In this document: in pieces, positions 10,768 to 21,651 of the stretch
Layout: each line of letters starts with the position of its first letter
How positions within the stretch are numbered: the stretch's first letter is position 1
NCBI GenBank assembly: GCA_963782305.1
Contig: CAWAJJ010000006.1
Coordinates: forward strand, 99,463 to 163,462
Length of the DNA stretch: 64,000 nt
Direction: 5' to 3'
DNA from: an uncultured Actinomycetota bacterium
GTDB lineage: Bacteria > Actinomycetota > Actinomycetes > Propionibacteriales > Nocardioidaceae
Made by a program: the position numbers and the translations under genes
Notes under the pieces: generated by a model
Databases searched by the model: none
What the model was told of the DNA's origin: nothing
Seen by the model: only the letters and a program-made list of their open reading frames with translations

Positions 10768-12825
10768 GTGGGGACGGGAGAATTGCGCGGGACACTTGTG
10801 CCTGCGTTTCCGCGGACTGTGCTCTGGTTGGTGGGATACACCGCCGCGAGCCTGCTGGGGCGTGCCGTCGTGGTCGGTCCCGACAAGATCGGGCTCGTCT
10901 GGCCCGCCGCCGGCATCGGGCTGATCTGGCTCGCCAGCAGCAACCGCCGTCTGCTCCCGGTCGATGTCACGCTGATGTCGGTTGCCACCGTCTTCGCGCT
11001 GGCGATCACCGAGGGCGGGTTCACCCGTTCGATTCTCTCGCTGATCGTGGTCCTGCAGACCCTGCTGGCGCTGTTCTTGCTGCGCCGCTACGTCCCCGAC
11101 ATCTGGGGAACCGGGGGGCGCGCACCCCTCAGCCGGCTCGGCCAGTTCGGCTGGGCCCTGGTCTCGGTCATCGGGGCTGCCGTGATCGCCCAGACGCTGC
11201 GCTATCTGGTCGGGTCCGTGTTCTTGTCCGGCGAGACACTGGAGATGCTCCTCGGGCGGGTCGGCCGCCAGGCCTCCGCGATGGCGACCCTCGGCATCTT
11301 CGGCCTGCTGCTGGGCGGCTGGATCACCGACCAGCGAGACCGAGGCCTGCCGATGGTGGGTCGCGTCAGGGCGAGTGACCTCGCGCAGCTGGCCGGCATC
11401 GAGGGTGTCGCGCTGCTGATCTTCGTCGGGTTCTGGCGCAACCCCGAGATCCCCACCACCTACATCCTGAGCCTGACCGTCGTCTGGGCCGCGCTGCGGT
11501 TCAACCCGCTGGTCACCGCAGCACACTGCGTGCTGATCGGCGTGGTGAGCGTGTGGATGACGATCGTCGGCTACGGCCCGATCGCCAACGTGCCCAACCC
11601 GACGACCCGGGCCCTGATCGCGCAGCTGTTCGTGGTCATCTTGATGGTCACGGGCCTGACGATCGCCCTGATCCGGCGACAGGTCGCCGACACGATCGGT
11701 CGGCTCGAGCAGTCCGAGGCGCACCTGGCCCTGCGCGCCGACGAGCTCGACCTGGTCATGTCGCACCTCGAGGACGGCGTCGCCATCATCGAGGAGGGTG
11801 GCGCGATCGTGCACACGAACACCGCCATCCGCACCGCCTTCGGGTCACGACCCGAGCAGAAGGTGGATCGCGTCGCCGACCCCGAGGATCGCGACGGTCA
11901 GGCGTTCCACCCCGACGGTCGCCCCCTCACCGAAGCCGAGAACCCGCTCCACCGCGCCCTGGCTGGCGAGACGATCGACCGCGAGGAGTACCACCACATC
12001 GACGGCGAGGGCGTCGCGCGCTGGCTGCAGATCTCCGCGTTCCCGATCCCCCACGCCGTGGACGCACCCAAGCGCGCCATGATCGTGCTCCGGGACACGA
12101 CCGCGATCACCAACCACCGTGAGTCGCTGGTCTCCTTCGCCGGCACCGTCGCCCACGACCTCAACAACCCGCTCAGCGTGATCGACGGGTGGGCCGAGGC
12201 ACTCGAGGAGGACTTCTCGAGGAGCGACGCCCCCGAGGCCAGGCTCGCCACCCCGATGGTCCAGCACATCCGCGCGAGCGTCCAGCAGGCCCGTGGCTTC
12301 ATCCAGGACCTGCTGGCGCACACGGTCGCCCGCGACCAGGCCCTCGAGTGCGAGCCGATCGCGCTGCAGAACCTCGTCAAGCACATCGCCGGCACCCGCG
12401 ACCGCCCCCGCAACGGTGGTGAGATCGTCGCCGGTGACCTGATCGACGTCTGGGCGGACAGGGTGCTCCTGCGCCAGGTGCTCGACAACCTGGTCGGCAA
12501 CGCGTTCAAGTACGTCGAGCGTGGCACCATCCCTCGCGTGCTGATCGAGGCCGAGCGGCTCGATGACGGCTGGGCCCGGGTGAAGGTCCGCGACAACGGC
12601 ATCGGGATTCCCGCCGGGCAGCGCGAACGCGTCTTCGACAGCTTCCACCGGGTGACCCCCGACGGCTACCAGGGCACCGGTCTCGGTCTGGCGATCTGCA
12701 AGCGGATCATCCAGCGCCACGGCGGCAACATCCGCGTGACCGAGAACCCCGACGGCGTCGGCAGCTGCTTCGAGTTCACCCTGCCCACCAACGCGGAAGC
12801 CCTGCAGCGCGCCACGATGATGTAG
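10768..12825 (+). CDS. MASE1-PAS sensor histidine kinase (no adjacent response regulator)
   Basis: VWPAAGI MASE1 segment, AHDLNNPL H-box, NLVGNAFKY, DNGIGI, GTGLGLAIC. Confidence 0.9.
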   Translation: MGTGELRGTLVPAFPRTVLWLVGYTAASLLGRAVVVGPDKIGLVWPAAGIGLIWLASSNRRLLPVDVTLMSVATVFALAITEGGFTRSILSLIVVLQTLLALFLLRRYVPDIWGTGGRAPLSRLGQFGWALVSVIGAAVIAQTLRYLVGSVFLSGETLEMLLGRVGRQASAMATLGIFGLLLGGWITDQRDRGLPMVGRVRASDLAQLAGIEGVALLIFVGFWRNPEIPTTYILSLTVVWAALRFNPLVTAAHCVLIGVVSVWMTIVGYGPIANVPNPTTRALIAQLFVVILMVTGLTIALIRRQVADTIGRLEQSEAHLALRADELDLVMSHLEDGVAIIEEGGAIVHTNTAIRTAFGSRPEQKVDRVADPEDRDGQAFHPDGRPLTEAENPLHRALAGETIDREEYHHIDGEGVARWLQISAFPIPHAVDAPKRAMIVLRDTTAITNHRESLVSFAGTVAHDLNNPLSVIDGWAEALEEDFSRSDAPEARLATPMVQHIRASVQQARGFIQDLLAHTVARDQALECEPIALQNLVKHIAGTRDRPRNGGEIVAGDLIDVWADRVLLRQVLDNLVGNAFKYVERGTIPRVLIEAERLDDGWARVKVRDNGIGIPAGQRERVFDSFHRVTPDGYQGTGLGLAICKRIIQRHGGNIRVTENPDGVGSCFEFTLPTNAEALQRATMM

Positions 12826-12856
12826 CCGGTCCCATCCTTCGGGGGCACGGCGACGA

Positions 12857-13735
12857 ATGACGCCCGTGAGTCTCCTCGACGCCCGGGCCTGGGTCATGCA
12901 GAAGTCCGCTCCCCTGACGGTCCACTACGGGCGCGCGCTCCGGCTCGCCGGCCAGGACCTGCCGCCGCCGGTGTCGCTGCGGATCCCGACGCGGCACGGT
13001 CCGGTGCGTTGCCGGATCCATCGCCCACCCGGGATGCAGATGCCTGCCGTCCACGTCCACCTGCACGGTGGGGCGTTCATCATGCGACACCCGCGCATGG
13101 ATGACTTCTTCGCACGGTTCCTCGTCGCCGAGGCCGGCGTCGCTGTGGTCGACGTCGACTACGACGTCGCTCCCCAGGTTCGCTACCCGGTGGCCCAGGA
13201 GCAGGCACACGACGTCACCGAGTTCCTGGTCGAGCGCGGGCACGAGCTCGAGCTGGACGGCGGCCGACTGGCCATCGGCGGCTTCAGCGCCGGCGGCAAC
13301 CTCGCCGCCTCAGCCTGTCTGCAGGCCCGTGACCGGGGCACCTTCGAGGCCCGGTTCCTGCTCCTGGGAGTGCCCTCGCTGGACGTCGCCGAGGAGTACG
13401 CCGACAAGCGACCGGTCGGTTCGCCGATGCTGGGTGAAGGCATCCTCGACCTGGTGCGGGCGACGTACTTCAAGGATGCGGCCCGGCGGACCGAGCCGTA
13501 TGCCTCGCCGCTGCGCGCCGAGAGCCTGGCGGGGCTACCGCCCACGCTGGTGGTGACCGGTGAGCGCGACCTGCTGCGCCGCGAGGGCGACGCGTTCGCC
13601 CGACGGCTCGCGGAGGACGGCGTCGCGGTCGACCACCGCGTGGTGACGGGCGCGGACCACTACTTCCTCACGCCGGAGAACGCCAGGACCGAGATGGGCG
13701 CGATGGCGCGTGCCCTGCGGGACGCACTGGACTGA
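12857..13735 (+). CDS. alpha/beta hydrolase (HSL-family esterase)
   Basis: HGGAF, GFSAGGNL, D and H catalytic motifs. Confidence 0.88.
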   Translation: MTPVSLLDARAWVMQKSAPLTVHYGRALRLAGQDLPPPVSLRIPTRHGPVRCRIHRPPGMQMPAVHVHLHGGAFIMRHPRMDDFFARFLVAEAGVAVVDVDYDVAPQVRYPVAQEQAHDVTEFLVERGHELELDGGRLAIGGFSAGGNLAASACLQARDRGTFEARFLLLGVPSLDVAEEYADKRPVGSPMLGEGILDLVRATYFKDAARRTEPYASPLRAESLAGLPPTLVVTGERDLLRREGDAFARRLAEDGVAVDHRVVTGADHYFLTPENARTEMGAMARALRDALD

Positions 13736-13754
13736 CAGCGCCGGGCTGACCCGC

Positions 13755-15437
13755 TCAGAAGCGAGCGGGCTCGCGGTACTCGCCCCACTCCTTGCGGAGG
13801 GCGTCGCAGATCTCGCCCAGGGTGGCCTCGGCCCGGCAGGCCTCCAGCATCGAGGGGATCATGTTGCGGTCCTCGCGGGCCGCGGCGAGCATCTCGTCGA
13901 TCGCGGCGCTGATCGCGGCCTCGTCGCGGCCGGCCTTGCGGTCGGCGATGATCCGCACCTGCTCGAGCTCCACCTCGTGGGAGACGCGCATGATCTCGAG
14001 CTCGCTCGTCACGGACTCGTGCAGCACGTTGACGCCGACGACCTTCTTCTCGCGCTTCTCCAGCGCAATCTGGTAGGCGAACGCCGCGTCTGCGATCTCG
14101 GACATGAACCACCCGTCCTCGATGCCGCGCAGCAGACCCTGCGTGACGGGGTCCTCGCCGTTGCGGGCGGACTCCGCCAGCGCGTCGGTCTGGTCGTGCC
14201 GCAGCGACGAGCCACCCATCTCGAGGATCTTGTCGAAGATGGCGTTCGCCTCGGCCTCGATCCGGTCGGTGAGCGCCTCGACGTAGTAGGAGCCGCCGAG
14301 CGGGTCCGCCACGTTGATGACGCCGGTCTCCTCCATGATCACCTGCTGGGTCCGGAGCGCGATCTCCGCAGCCTGCTCGCTGGGCAGGGCGAGCGTCTCG
14401 TCGAGCGCGTTGGTGTGCAGCGAGTTGGTGCCACCGAGCACCGCGGCCAGCGCCTCGATGCCGGTGCGCACCACGTTGTTGTAGGGCTGCTGCGCGGTCA
14501 GCGAGACACCGGCGGTCTGCGTGTGGAACCGCATCCACTGCGCCTTCTCGGTCTTCGCGCCGTACACGTCGCGCACCCACCTCGCCCAGATCCGGCGGGC
14601 GGCGCGGAACTTCGCGATCTCCTCGAAGAAGTCCAGGTGGCTGTCGAAGAAGAAGCTCAGTCCGGGCGCGAAGCTGTCGATGTCGAGACCGCGGGAAAGG
14701 CCGAGCTCGATGTAGCCGAACCCGTCGGCCAGGGTGAACGCGAGCTCCTGCGCAGCCGTCGAGCCGGCCTCGCGGATGTGGTAGCCGGAGACGCTGAGCG
14801 GCTTGTACGCCGGGATGTTCTCCCCGCAGTACTCCATCAGGTCACCGATCAGCTTGAGGTGCGGCTCGGGTCCGAAGAGCCACTCCTTCTGGGCGATGTA
14901 CTCCTTGAAGATGTCGGTCTGCAGGGTGCCGTTGAGCTTGGTGGTGTCGGCACCCTGGCGCTCCGCGGCGACGAGGTACATGCAGAACACGGGTACGGCG
15001 GGGCCGCTGATCGTCATCGACGTGGTGACCTCGTCGAGCGGGATCTCGTCGAACAGGATGTCCATGTCGGCGGCCGAGTCGATCGCGACACCGCAGTGCC
15101 CGACCTCACCGAGGCTGCGCGGGTCGTCGGAGTCGCGGCCCATCAGCGTCGGCATGTCGAACGCGACCGAGAGCCCGCCGCCACCGCGGTTGAGGATCAT
15201 CTTGTAGCGCTCGTTGGTCTGCTGGGCGTTGCCGAAGCCGGCGAACTGCCGGATCGTCCACGTCCGGCCGCGGTAGCCCGTTGCGTAGAGCCCGCGGGTG
15301 TAGGGGAACTCGCCCGGCCACTCGGAGTCGTCGGTGCCGTAGGCCGGCTCGACCTCCATCTGCGACAGCGTCGTGAAGTCGGCCTCCCGCACCCTCGACT
15401 TGGAGTAGCGGTCCTGCCAGCGCTCGCGTGCGTTCAT
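13755..15437 (-). CDS. icmA: B12-dependent acyl-CoA mutase large subunit, isobutyryl-CoA mutase type
   Basis: WTIRQFAGF (Phe rather than the MCM Tyr) and LQTDIFKEYIAQKEW (Gln rather than Arg); no B12-binding domain. Confidence 0.85.
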   Translation of the reverse strand: MNARERWQDRYSKSRVREADFTTLSQMEVEPAYGTDDSEWPGEFPYTRGLYATGYRGRTWTIRQFAGFGNAQQTNERYKMILNRGGGGLSVAFDMPTLMGRDSDDPRSLGEVGHCGVAIDSAADMDILFDEIPLDEVTTSMTISGPAVPVFCMYLVAAERQGADTTKLNGTLQTDIFKEYIAQKEWLFGPEPHLKLIGDLMEYCGENIPAYKPLSVSGYHIREAGSTAAQELAFTLADGFGYIELGLSRGLDIDSFAPGLSFFFDSHLDFFEEIAKFRAARRIWARWVRDVYGAKTEKAQWMRFHTQTAGVSLTAQQPYNNVVRTGIEALAAVLGGTNSLHTNALDETLALPSEQAAEIALRTQQVIMEETGVINVADPLGGSYYVEALTDRIEAEANAIFDKILEMGGSSLRHDQTDALAESARNGEDPVTQGLLRGIEDGWFMSEIADAAFAYQIALEKREKKVVGVNVLHESVTSELEIMRVSHEVELEQVRIIADRKAGRDEAAISAAIDEMLAAAREDRNMIPSMLEACRAEATLGEICDALRKEWGEYREPARF

Positions 15438-15443
15438 GCCTAG

Positions 15444-15462
15444 ATAGTAGGACGTCCAACTA
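15444..15462 (-). promoter_or_regulatory. palindromic operator overlapping the leaderless -10 of icmA
   Basis: TAGTAGGACGTCCAACTA near-perfect palindrome; minus strand reads TACTAT-6 nt-ATG. Confidence 0.6.
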
Positions 15463-15469
15463 GTTTCGC

Positions 15470-16021
15470 CTAGCCGCGGATCCAGCGATAGACCTGACCG
15501 TCCCGGATCTCCACCTCGGTGGGCGGCTTCGGCGTGGGGTGATCGACCAGGTGCTCCAACACCTGGGTGCGGCCCCTGAGCTGGACCTTCCCGTCGCGGA
15601 AGTGCAGGTAGGGGTGCAGCAGCGGGCGCACCTCGGCCCAGTCCCGCCGGTCGACCAGGTCCCACACCCGCGCTGTCGGCTCGGGCAGCTCGGGCAGGTC
15701 GTGCAGCATCGCCGGCGTGCACATCCGCCAGGCGTCCACGACGAGCTCGCGCATCTCGTCCTCGCCCAGCGGCGGCAGGTGGGCGCAGACCCACTGGTAG
15801 CGCAGGTCGCGACCTGACGGGAGGAAGAACGTCTCCGGTGCGGAGGCGACCAGGCTGTCCCGCTCGGCCTTGGGGAACCCGAAGCCCATCGACTGCTCGT
15901 CCTTCGAGAACGCGACGAACACGATCTGCTTGACCTTCAGCTTCCAGTGCCCGCCGATCTGTCGCTCGTAGGCACGGGGCAGGGCCAGCCCGACCCGGCG
16001 TACGGCCTCGGCGTCGGTCAT
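15470..16021 (-). CDS. MmcQ/YjbR-family protein with extra C-terminal domain
   Basis: VRRVGLALP..FVAFS..MGFGFPKAER..ELVVDAWRM. Confidence 0.75.
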   Translation of the reverse strand: MTDAEAVRRVGLALPRAYERQIGGHWKLKVKQIVFVAFSKDEQSMGFGFPKAERDSLVASAPETFFLPSGRDLRYQWVCAHLPPLGEDEMRELVVDAWRMCTPAMLHDLPELPEPTARVWDLVDRRDWAEVRPLLHPYLHFRDGKVQLRGRTQVLEHLVDHPTPKPPTEVEIRDGQVYRWIRG

Positions 16022-16043
16022 TGCTCGCTCACGGTGCAGTCGC

Positions 16044-16556
16044 TCAGAAGTCCCCGGCGGACTTGCGGATCGGGCGCAACAGCTCGGACAGCTGCTCCAG
16101 CCCCTCGTCGTCGAGGGCACCGAGCCCGAAGTCGGCGCCGACCAGCGCGGCCGTGGCCCGCTCGACCAGCGACCTGCCGCTCTCGGTGATCTCGGCAAGG
16201 ACGCCGCGGCCGTCGTCCGGGTGCCGACGGCGTACGACGAGACCCGACGCCTCCAGCCGGTCGACGATCGAGGTCACCGAGGTCGGGTGCACCTGGAGCC
16301 GCTCCCCCATCTTGCCCAGGGGCAGCGACCCGCGGGAGGAGAACGAGAGCAGCACCAGCGCCTCGTAGCGCGCGAAGGTCAACCCGAACGGCTTCAGCAG
16401 CGCGTCGAGCCGGCCGATCACCAGCTGCTGCACGCGCATCAACGAGGTCACGGCATGCATCTGCGGAACACCGTCCCAGTGCGTGGCCCACTGGCGGGCC
16501 GCCTCGTCGATCGGGTCGAACGGCAGACCCTGCTGGGCTCGTTCGGGCGTTGCCAT
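16044..16556 (-). CDS. MarR family regulator
   Basis: GLTFARYEALVLL, VHPTSVTSIVDRLE, HPDDGR..EITESG. Confidence 0.9.
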   Translation of the reverse strand: MATPERAQQGLPFDPIDEAARQWATHWDGVPQMHAVTSLMRVQQLVIGRLDALLKPFGLTFARYEALVLLSFSSRGSLPLGKMGERLQVHPTSVTSIVDRLEASGLVVRRRHPDDGRGVLAEITESGRSLVERATAALVGADFGLGALDDEGLEQLSELLRPIRKSAGDF

Positions 16557-16596
16557 GCGCCGCACCTTACTCAGCGGTGGCCCACCGCGCGGACTC

Positions 16597-17838
16597 CTAC
16601 GTCCGTCTGGCGAATCGCACGTCTCCGTTGGGCATCCGGCTGGCATCGAAGGTGTTGTCGTGGGCGCGGTGGTGGTGCCAGGAGCAGAGGAGTACGCCGT
16701 CCTTGAGGTCGGTCCTGCCTCCGTTGACCCAGGCTCTGCCCCAGTGGTGGGCCTCGCACCAGGCGGCGGGGATGGTGCAGCCCTCGGCGCGGCACTCCTT
16801 GTCGCGGATGATCATCGCCTTGCGCTGGGCGGGTTTGAAGAACCGGGAGGAGCGGCCGAGGTCGAGGACCTCGGACTTCCCACCCAGGACGGCCGGGATG
16901 ATGTTCGCGGTGCACGCCAGGCGGCGTACCTCGCCGGCGGTGAGCTTGTCGGCCGGGCCGAGGTCACCGGTGCCGAGGTCCTTGCGCAGCTCCTCGAGGC
17001 TGATGGTGACGATCACCGTGGTCGCATCCCCACCGTGGACCGGCATCCGCTTCGGGTCGATCGCCTCCAGCAGCGTGGCGAACGCCTGGCCGCGCTTGCG
17101 GGCGATCGGGATCCGATCACCCTCGCCCGTCCCGTGGTGGCGAGGTGAGGTGTAGGCCTCGAGGTAGGTGTTCAACCGGGTCGCGACACCGTCGGGGACG
17201 TTGATCGTGATCCTGGTGGTGCCATCACCCATCCGCTTGCTGACCAGGCTGGTCTTGCGCTCCGCCCTGCGCCTCTTCGGCTGCGAGCTGTTCGGCGTCG
17301 TGCTGGTCGGCGATCTCCGGGTGCCACCACCTCGAGGATCCGGCGGCCCAGCCACTTCAGCTCCCGTGGCCCGAAGTGCGCGGCCTGCTCCACCAGGTGG
17401 GCCTCGGCCTTCGCGAGGACCTCCGCGCCGACCTTCTCCACCGGCAGCTCATCCAGCGCATGGGTGATCACCTGCGCCTGCGCGACGTTGACCTCGCCCC
17501 GACCCAGACCGTCAGCGACCTGGCTCCAGCGACGCTCCAGTGCCAGACCCAGAGCCAGGTCGCGACGGTTCGACCCGGCATCGGTGCGGGTGTGGTGAGT
17601 GACCAGCGCAGCCACGTCCCGGGCACCCTCATCCAGAGCCACGTCATCGGCCACCGCCATCACCCGCAGCTTCAACGCGGAGACCTGCGCCTCGACCCGG
17701 GTCAGCTCCAAAAGAGCCGCCTTCTTGTCAGCCGGCGCCATGAAGACGGCCTCGACATCGAGGGTCTCCTTCAACGCAGACCTCGATCGAGGCCACACAG
17801 GACAGCACCGGGTGCACCTGATCGAACGTCGAGCTCAC
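16597..17838 (-). pseudogene. DUF222 (13E12-type) HNH endonuclease with three +1 frameshifts (~17780, ~17320, ~17270); may be intact if these are sequencing errors
   Basis: AGGAGG then GTG 17838; VRRLACTANIIPAVL, LDLGRSSRFF, RDKECRAEGC, CEAHH, LLCSWHHHRAH. Confidence 0.85.
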
Positions 17839-17948
17839 CCCGCACCTCCTGCACCGACGACGGACCAATGGGTCTCACGTGTCGATGCAGCGCGCCTGTG
17901 AGTAGCGAACCTCGCGGTCCGGGCCGATCCCTCAGCATCACTATTGGA

Positions 17949-17964
17949 TCGAACTTGTGTTCGA
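17949..17964. promoter_or_regulatory. LexA (SOS) box
   Basis: TCGAAC-TTGT-GTTCGA, perfect actinobacterial consensus, overlapping a minus-strand TAGAAT -10 upstream of the DUF222 gene. Confidence 0.85.
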
Positions 17965-18194
17965 TTCTACAGGCTTATACCCCACGACGCAAGGTGGCGG
18001 TTGAGAACTTCTCGACGAGTTTCCCTGGAGCGAGGTGGCGGGAGGGTCGTACGTCGGTTCGTAGAGCATGGTCGGTGCCGCCGGTGAACGTGCCCGGCGA
18101 GGTGCGATCTGGCCAATGGCCGGGACCCGTACAGCGGGCGCATCCGGGCGCAGTAGTCTCCCCCGGGAGCCCACCACAGCCTCGAGGAGAGTTC

Positions 18195-19998
18195 GTGCCT
18201 GCGAAGAACGTCGACGTGAAGCCGCTGCAGAAGGTCCTGATCGCCAACCGGGGCGAGATCGCCGTCCGGGTGATCCGGGCGTGCAAGGACGCAGGCATCG
18301 GCAGCGTCGCGGTGTACGCCGAGCCCGACCGGGACGCGCTGTTCGTCCGCCTGGCCGACGAGGCCCACTCGCTGGAGGGGGCCACCCCGGCCGACTCCTA
18401 CCTCGACATCGGCAAGATCGTCGCCGTCGCGGAGAAGTCCGGCGCCGACTCGGTGCACCCCGGCTACGGCTTCCTCGCCGAGAACCGCGACTTCGCCCAG
18501 GCCGTCATCGACGCCGGGCTCGTCTGGATCGGCCCGCCGCCCGAGGCGATCGAGAACCTCGGCGACAAGGCGAAGGCCAAGCACATCGCCGAGAAGGCCA
18601 ACGCCCCGCTGGCCCCCGGCACCAAGGACCCGGTCGAGGACGCCGACGAGATCGTGGCGTTCGCGAAGGAGAACGGCCTGCCGGTCGCCATCAAGGCCGT
18701 CTTCGGTGGCGGCGGTCGCGGCCTGAAGGTCGCCCGCACGATCGAGGAGATCCCCGACGCGTTCGAGTCCGCGGTCCGCGAGGCCGTCAGCGCCTTCGGC
18801 CGCGGCGAGTGCCTGGTGGAGAAGTTCCTCGACAAGCCGCGCCACGTCGAGACCCAGTGCCTCGCCGACCAGCACGGCAACGTGGTCGTCGGTCTCCACC
18901 CGCGACTGCTCGCTGCAGCGCCGCAACCAGAAGCTCGTCGAGGAGGCCCCCGCGCCGTTCCTCACCGACGACCAGGTCGGCCGGCTCTACGAGAGCTCCA
19001 AGGCCATCCTGCGCGAGGCGAAGTACGTCGGCGCCGGCACCTGCGAGTTCCTGATCGCCCAGGACGGCACCATCTCGTTCCTCGAGGTGAACACCCGCCT
19101 GCAGGTCGAGCACTGCGTCTCCGAGGAGGTCACCGGGCTCGACCTCGTCCGCGAGATGTTCCGGATCGCTGCCGGCGAGGAGCTCGGGTACGACGACCCG
19201 AAGATCTCCGGCCACTCCATCGAGTTCCGCATCAACGCCGAGGACGGCGGCGCCAACTTCATGCCGGCGCCCGGCACGCTGACCAAGTGGGCCCCGCCCA
19301 GCGGCCCCGGCATCCGACTGGACGGCGGCTACGAGGAGGGCGAGACCATCCCCGGCGCCTTCGACTCCCTGATCGCCAAGCTGATCGTCACCGGCCGGGA
19401 CCGCACCCAGGCCCTCGAGCGCTCACGCCGCGCGCTGTCGGAGTTCGTCGTGGACGGCATGCCGACGGTGATCCCCTTCCACGCGGCGGTCGTCTCCGAT
19501 CCGGCGTTCATCGGCACCCCGGTGGACAGCCCCGAGGAGTTCCAGGTCTACACGCAGTGGATCGAGACGGACTTCGACAACCAGATCACGCCGTACGCCG
19601 GCGACTCGGCCGATGCGGCCGAACCCGACGAGCGCAACAAGGTGACCGTCGAGGTCGGCGGTCGGCGCCTCGAGGTCGTCCTCCCCTCCGGCCTGGCCGC
19701 GATCGGCGGCGGCGCTGGGGGTGGCGGGAAGAAGGCCAAGCGCTCCGCCGGCAAGAAGGCCGGCGCTGCCGCCTCCGGTGACTCCGTGGCCTCCCCGATG
19801 CAGGGAACGATCGTCAAGGTCACCGTCGAGGAGGGCGCGACCGTCGCGGAGGGCGACGTCATCGTCGTGCTCGAGGCGATGAAGATGGAGCAGCCCATCA
19901 AGGCTCACAAGGCCGGCACCGTCACCGGCCTCAAGGCCGAGGTCGGCTCGGGTGTGACCAACGGCGAGATCATCTGCGAGATCAAGGACGCGGAGTAG
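18195..19998 (+). CDS. accA: acyl-CoA carboxylase alpha subunit (biotin carboxylase + BCCP); one extra G at ~18891
   Basis: [50 protein letters not shown] biotinylation motif. Confidence 0.93.
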
Positions 19999-20551
19999 CC
20001 CGGTAGAGGTCCCTCAGCAGGGAGACCTCGGCGCCGTGGTGGATCACCTCACGGTTGATGTGCAGCACGAGCTCGGAGAACGGATGCTCGGCGTAGGGTC
20101 CCTCGGCCGGACCGCACGCTCGCTGCAGGCCGTCCTCGCCCAGGCCCTTGACCCCCGCGATCCACCGGGCGTAGCCGTCGTCGAGCTGTTCCAGCGCCTG
20201 CGCGGCGGTGCCCGCGTAGGCGAAGTCCGGATAGCTGATCTCCGGCCCCCCGAAGTGTGAGTGGTTGCGCTCGCCGAAGACGCCGACCACGATGTGCGCC
20301 AGCCGCCAGGCGATGGTCGTGACCGGCGGCGGATCGGGCTCCGGCATCGCGAAGTCGCACCGGAACTCCCCGGTGCCCGCCTGGAGCTGGGCATTCCCCT
20401 CGCCCTCGCGGCGCACGTTCCAGCAGCCGGCCACCGGCTCCCAGAAGTACTCCTCGTCGGTCAGCCCGTCGAACCTCGGCCTGAGGTGGTTGGTCCAGTG
20501 CCACTCGAGCTGGTCGTGGAGCTGGGTGTTCCAGGAGATCTCGATCGTCAT
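19982..20551 (-). CDS. DinB family protein
   Basis: [33 protein letters not shown]. Confidence 0.85.
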   Translation of the reverse strand: MTIEISWNTQLHDQLEWHWTNHLRPRFDGLTDEEYFWEPVAGCWNVRREGEGNAQLQAGTGEFRCDFAMPEPDPPPVTTIAWRLAHIVVGVFGERNHSHFGGPEISYPDFAYAGTAAQALEQLDDGYARWIAGVKGLGEDGLQRACGPAEGPYAEHPFSELVLHINREVIHHGAEVSLLRDLYRATPRP

Positions 20552-20686
20552 CACCCCACCGTGCCACCGGCCACCGACAACCCGCGAGACCCAGGACGTC
20601 ATACGCTCCCGTCGCCATGGCGACCACTTCGGATGACGTCCGCGAACCCGCCCTCAGCGCTCGATGCCCGGCGCCGGGCGTCGCTG

Positions 20687-20787
20687 GGGGTGCAGGTTTC
20701 CCCGGCCGACCGGGGAATCCGGTCGTTGTAGGCCGTTGCAACACCCGACAACGACCGGGATCGGCCGACAACCCCACCCGCTTTGTC
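20687..20787 (+). repeat. ~100-bp structured intergenic repeat, copy A
   Basis: GGGGTGCAGGTTTCCCCGG-n4-CCGGGGAA...GTTGCAACACC...GGCCGACAACCCCACCCGCTTTGTC. Confidence 0.85.
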
Positions 20788-20816
20788 CCCCTGAGGCCGT
20801 ACGACGGAGTCCCCGC

Positions 20817-21617
20817 CTAGGGCAGGCCGGGGTGGTTCTTGGCCAGGAACGGGAGCAGCACCCGCTTGGGCATCAGGTGCGCGAACGCCGCCCCGGCGCG
20901 GTTCGCGAAGCCGGGGATCACCACCAACGTGCCCTTGTCCATGCCGTCGACCGCGGCCTTGGCGACGTCGGTCGCCGGCACCCACATGAACGCGGGCAGT
21001 GAGTCCTCGGCCTCGTCCTTGGCGAAGCCGGCGGCCTCGCCGAACCCGGTGTCGACCGGGCCGGGGCAGAGCACGGTGACCGTCACGCCGGTCTCCTTCA
21101 GCTCGGCGGAGAGGCTGCGCGTGTAGGAGAGGACGAACGCCTTGGCCGCGCCGTACGACGCCTGGCCGGGCAGTGGCTGGAAGGCCGCGGTCGAGGCCAC
21201 GTTGAGCACGGCGCCACTGCCCCACTCGACCATCCCCGGCAGGAAGCGGCTGCACAGGTCGGCGACGGCGGCCACGTCGACCTCGATCAGGGACACCTCG
21301 TCCTCGGGGTCGCTGCGGTGCACCGGGCCGAGCGTCGAGAAGCCGGCGTTGTTCACCAGGATCTGCGGCGTCAGGCCGCGCGACTCGAGCTCGGGAAGCA
21401 GGCCTGCGCGGGCATCCCGGTCCCCCAGATCGACTGGTACGACGTGGGCGGTGGTCGGCAGCTCGTCCGCCAGCGCCTGCAGCTTGTCGGCCGACCGCGC
21501 GACGAGCACCAGCTCGTGCCCGCGGCGCGACAGCTCGCGGGCGATCTCGGCCCCGATGCCGCTCGAGGCACCGGTGATCACGGCGACGTGGGCAGGTTTC
21601 GGCGCAGGCAGGCTCAT
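20817..21617 (-). CDS. short-chain dehydrogenase/reductase
   Basis: TGASSGIG, NNAG, YGAAK. Confidence 0.92.
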   Translation of the reverse strand: MSLPAPKPAHVAVITGASSGIGAEIARELSRRGHELVLVARSADKLQALADELPTTAHVVPVDLGDRDARAGLLPELESRGLTPQILVNNAGFSTLGPVHRSDPEDEVSLIEVDVAAVADLCSRFLPGMVEWGSGAVLNVASTAAFQPLPGQASYGAAKAFVLSYTRSLSAELKETGVTVTVLCPGPVDTGFGEAAGFAKDEAEDSLPAFMWVPATDVAKAAVDGMDKGTLVVIPGFANRAGAAFAHLMPKRVLLPFLAKNHPGLP

Positions 21618-21651
21618 GGCCCGCAGCCTAGGCCGGTATGACGCCCACCGC

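Noticed and set aside
17376-19781. 801-aa ORF
   Set aside because: Chimera of antisense DUF222 sequence, the accA 5' half and an out-of-frame tail after the frameshift.
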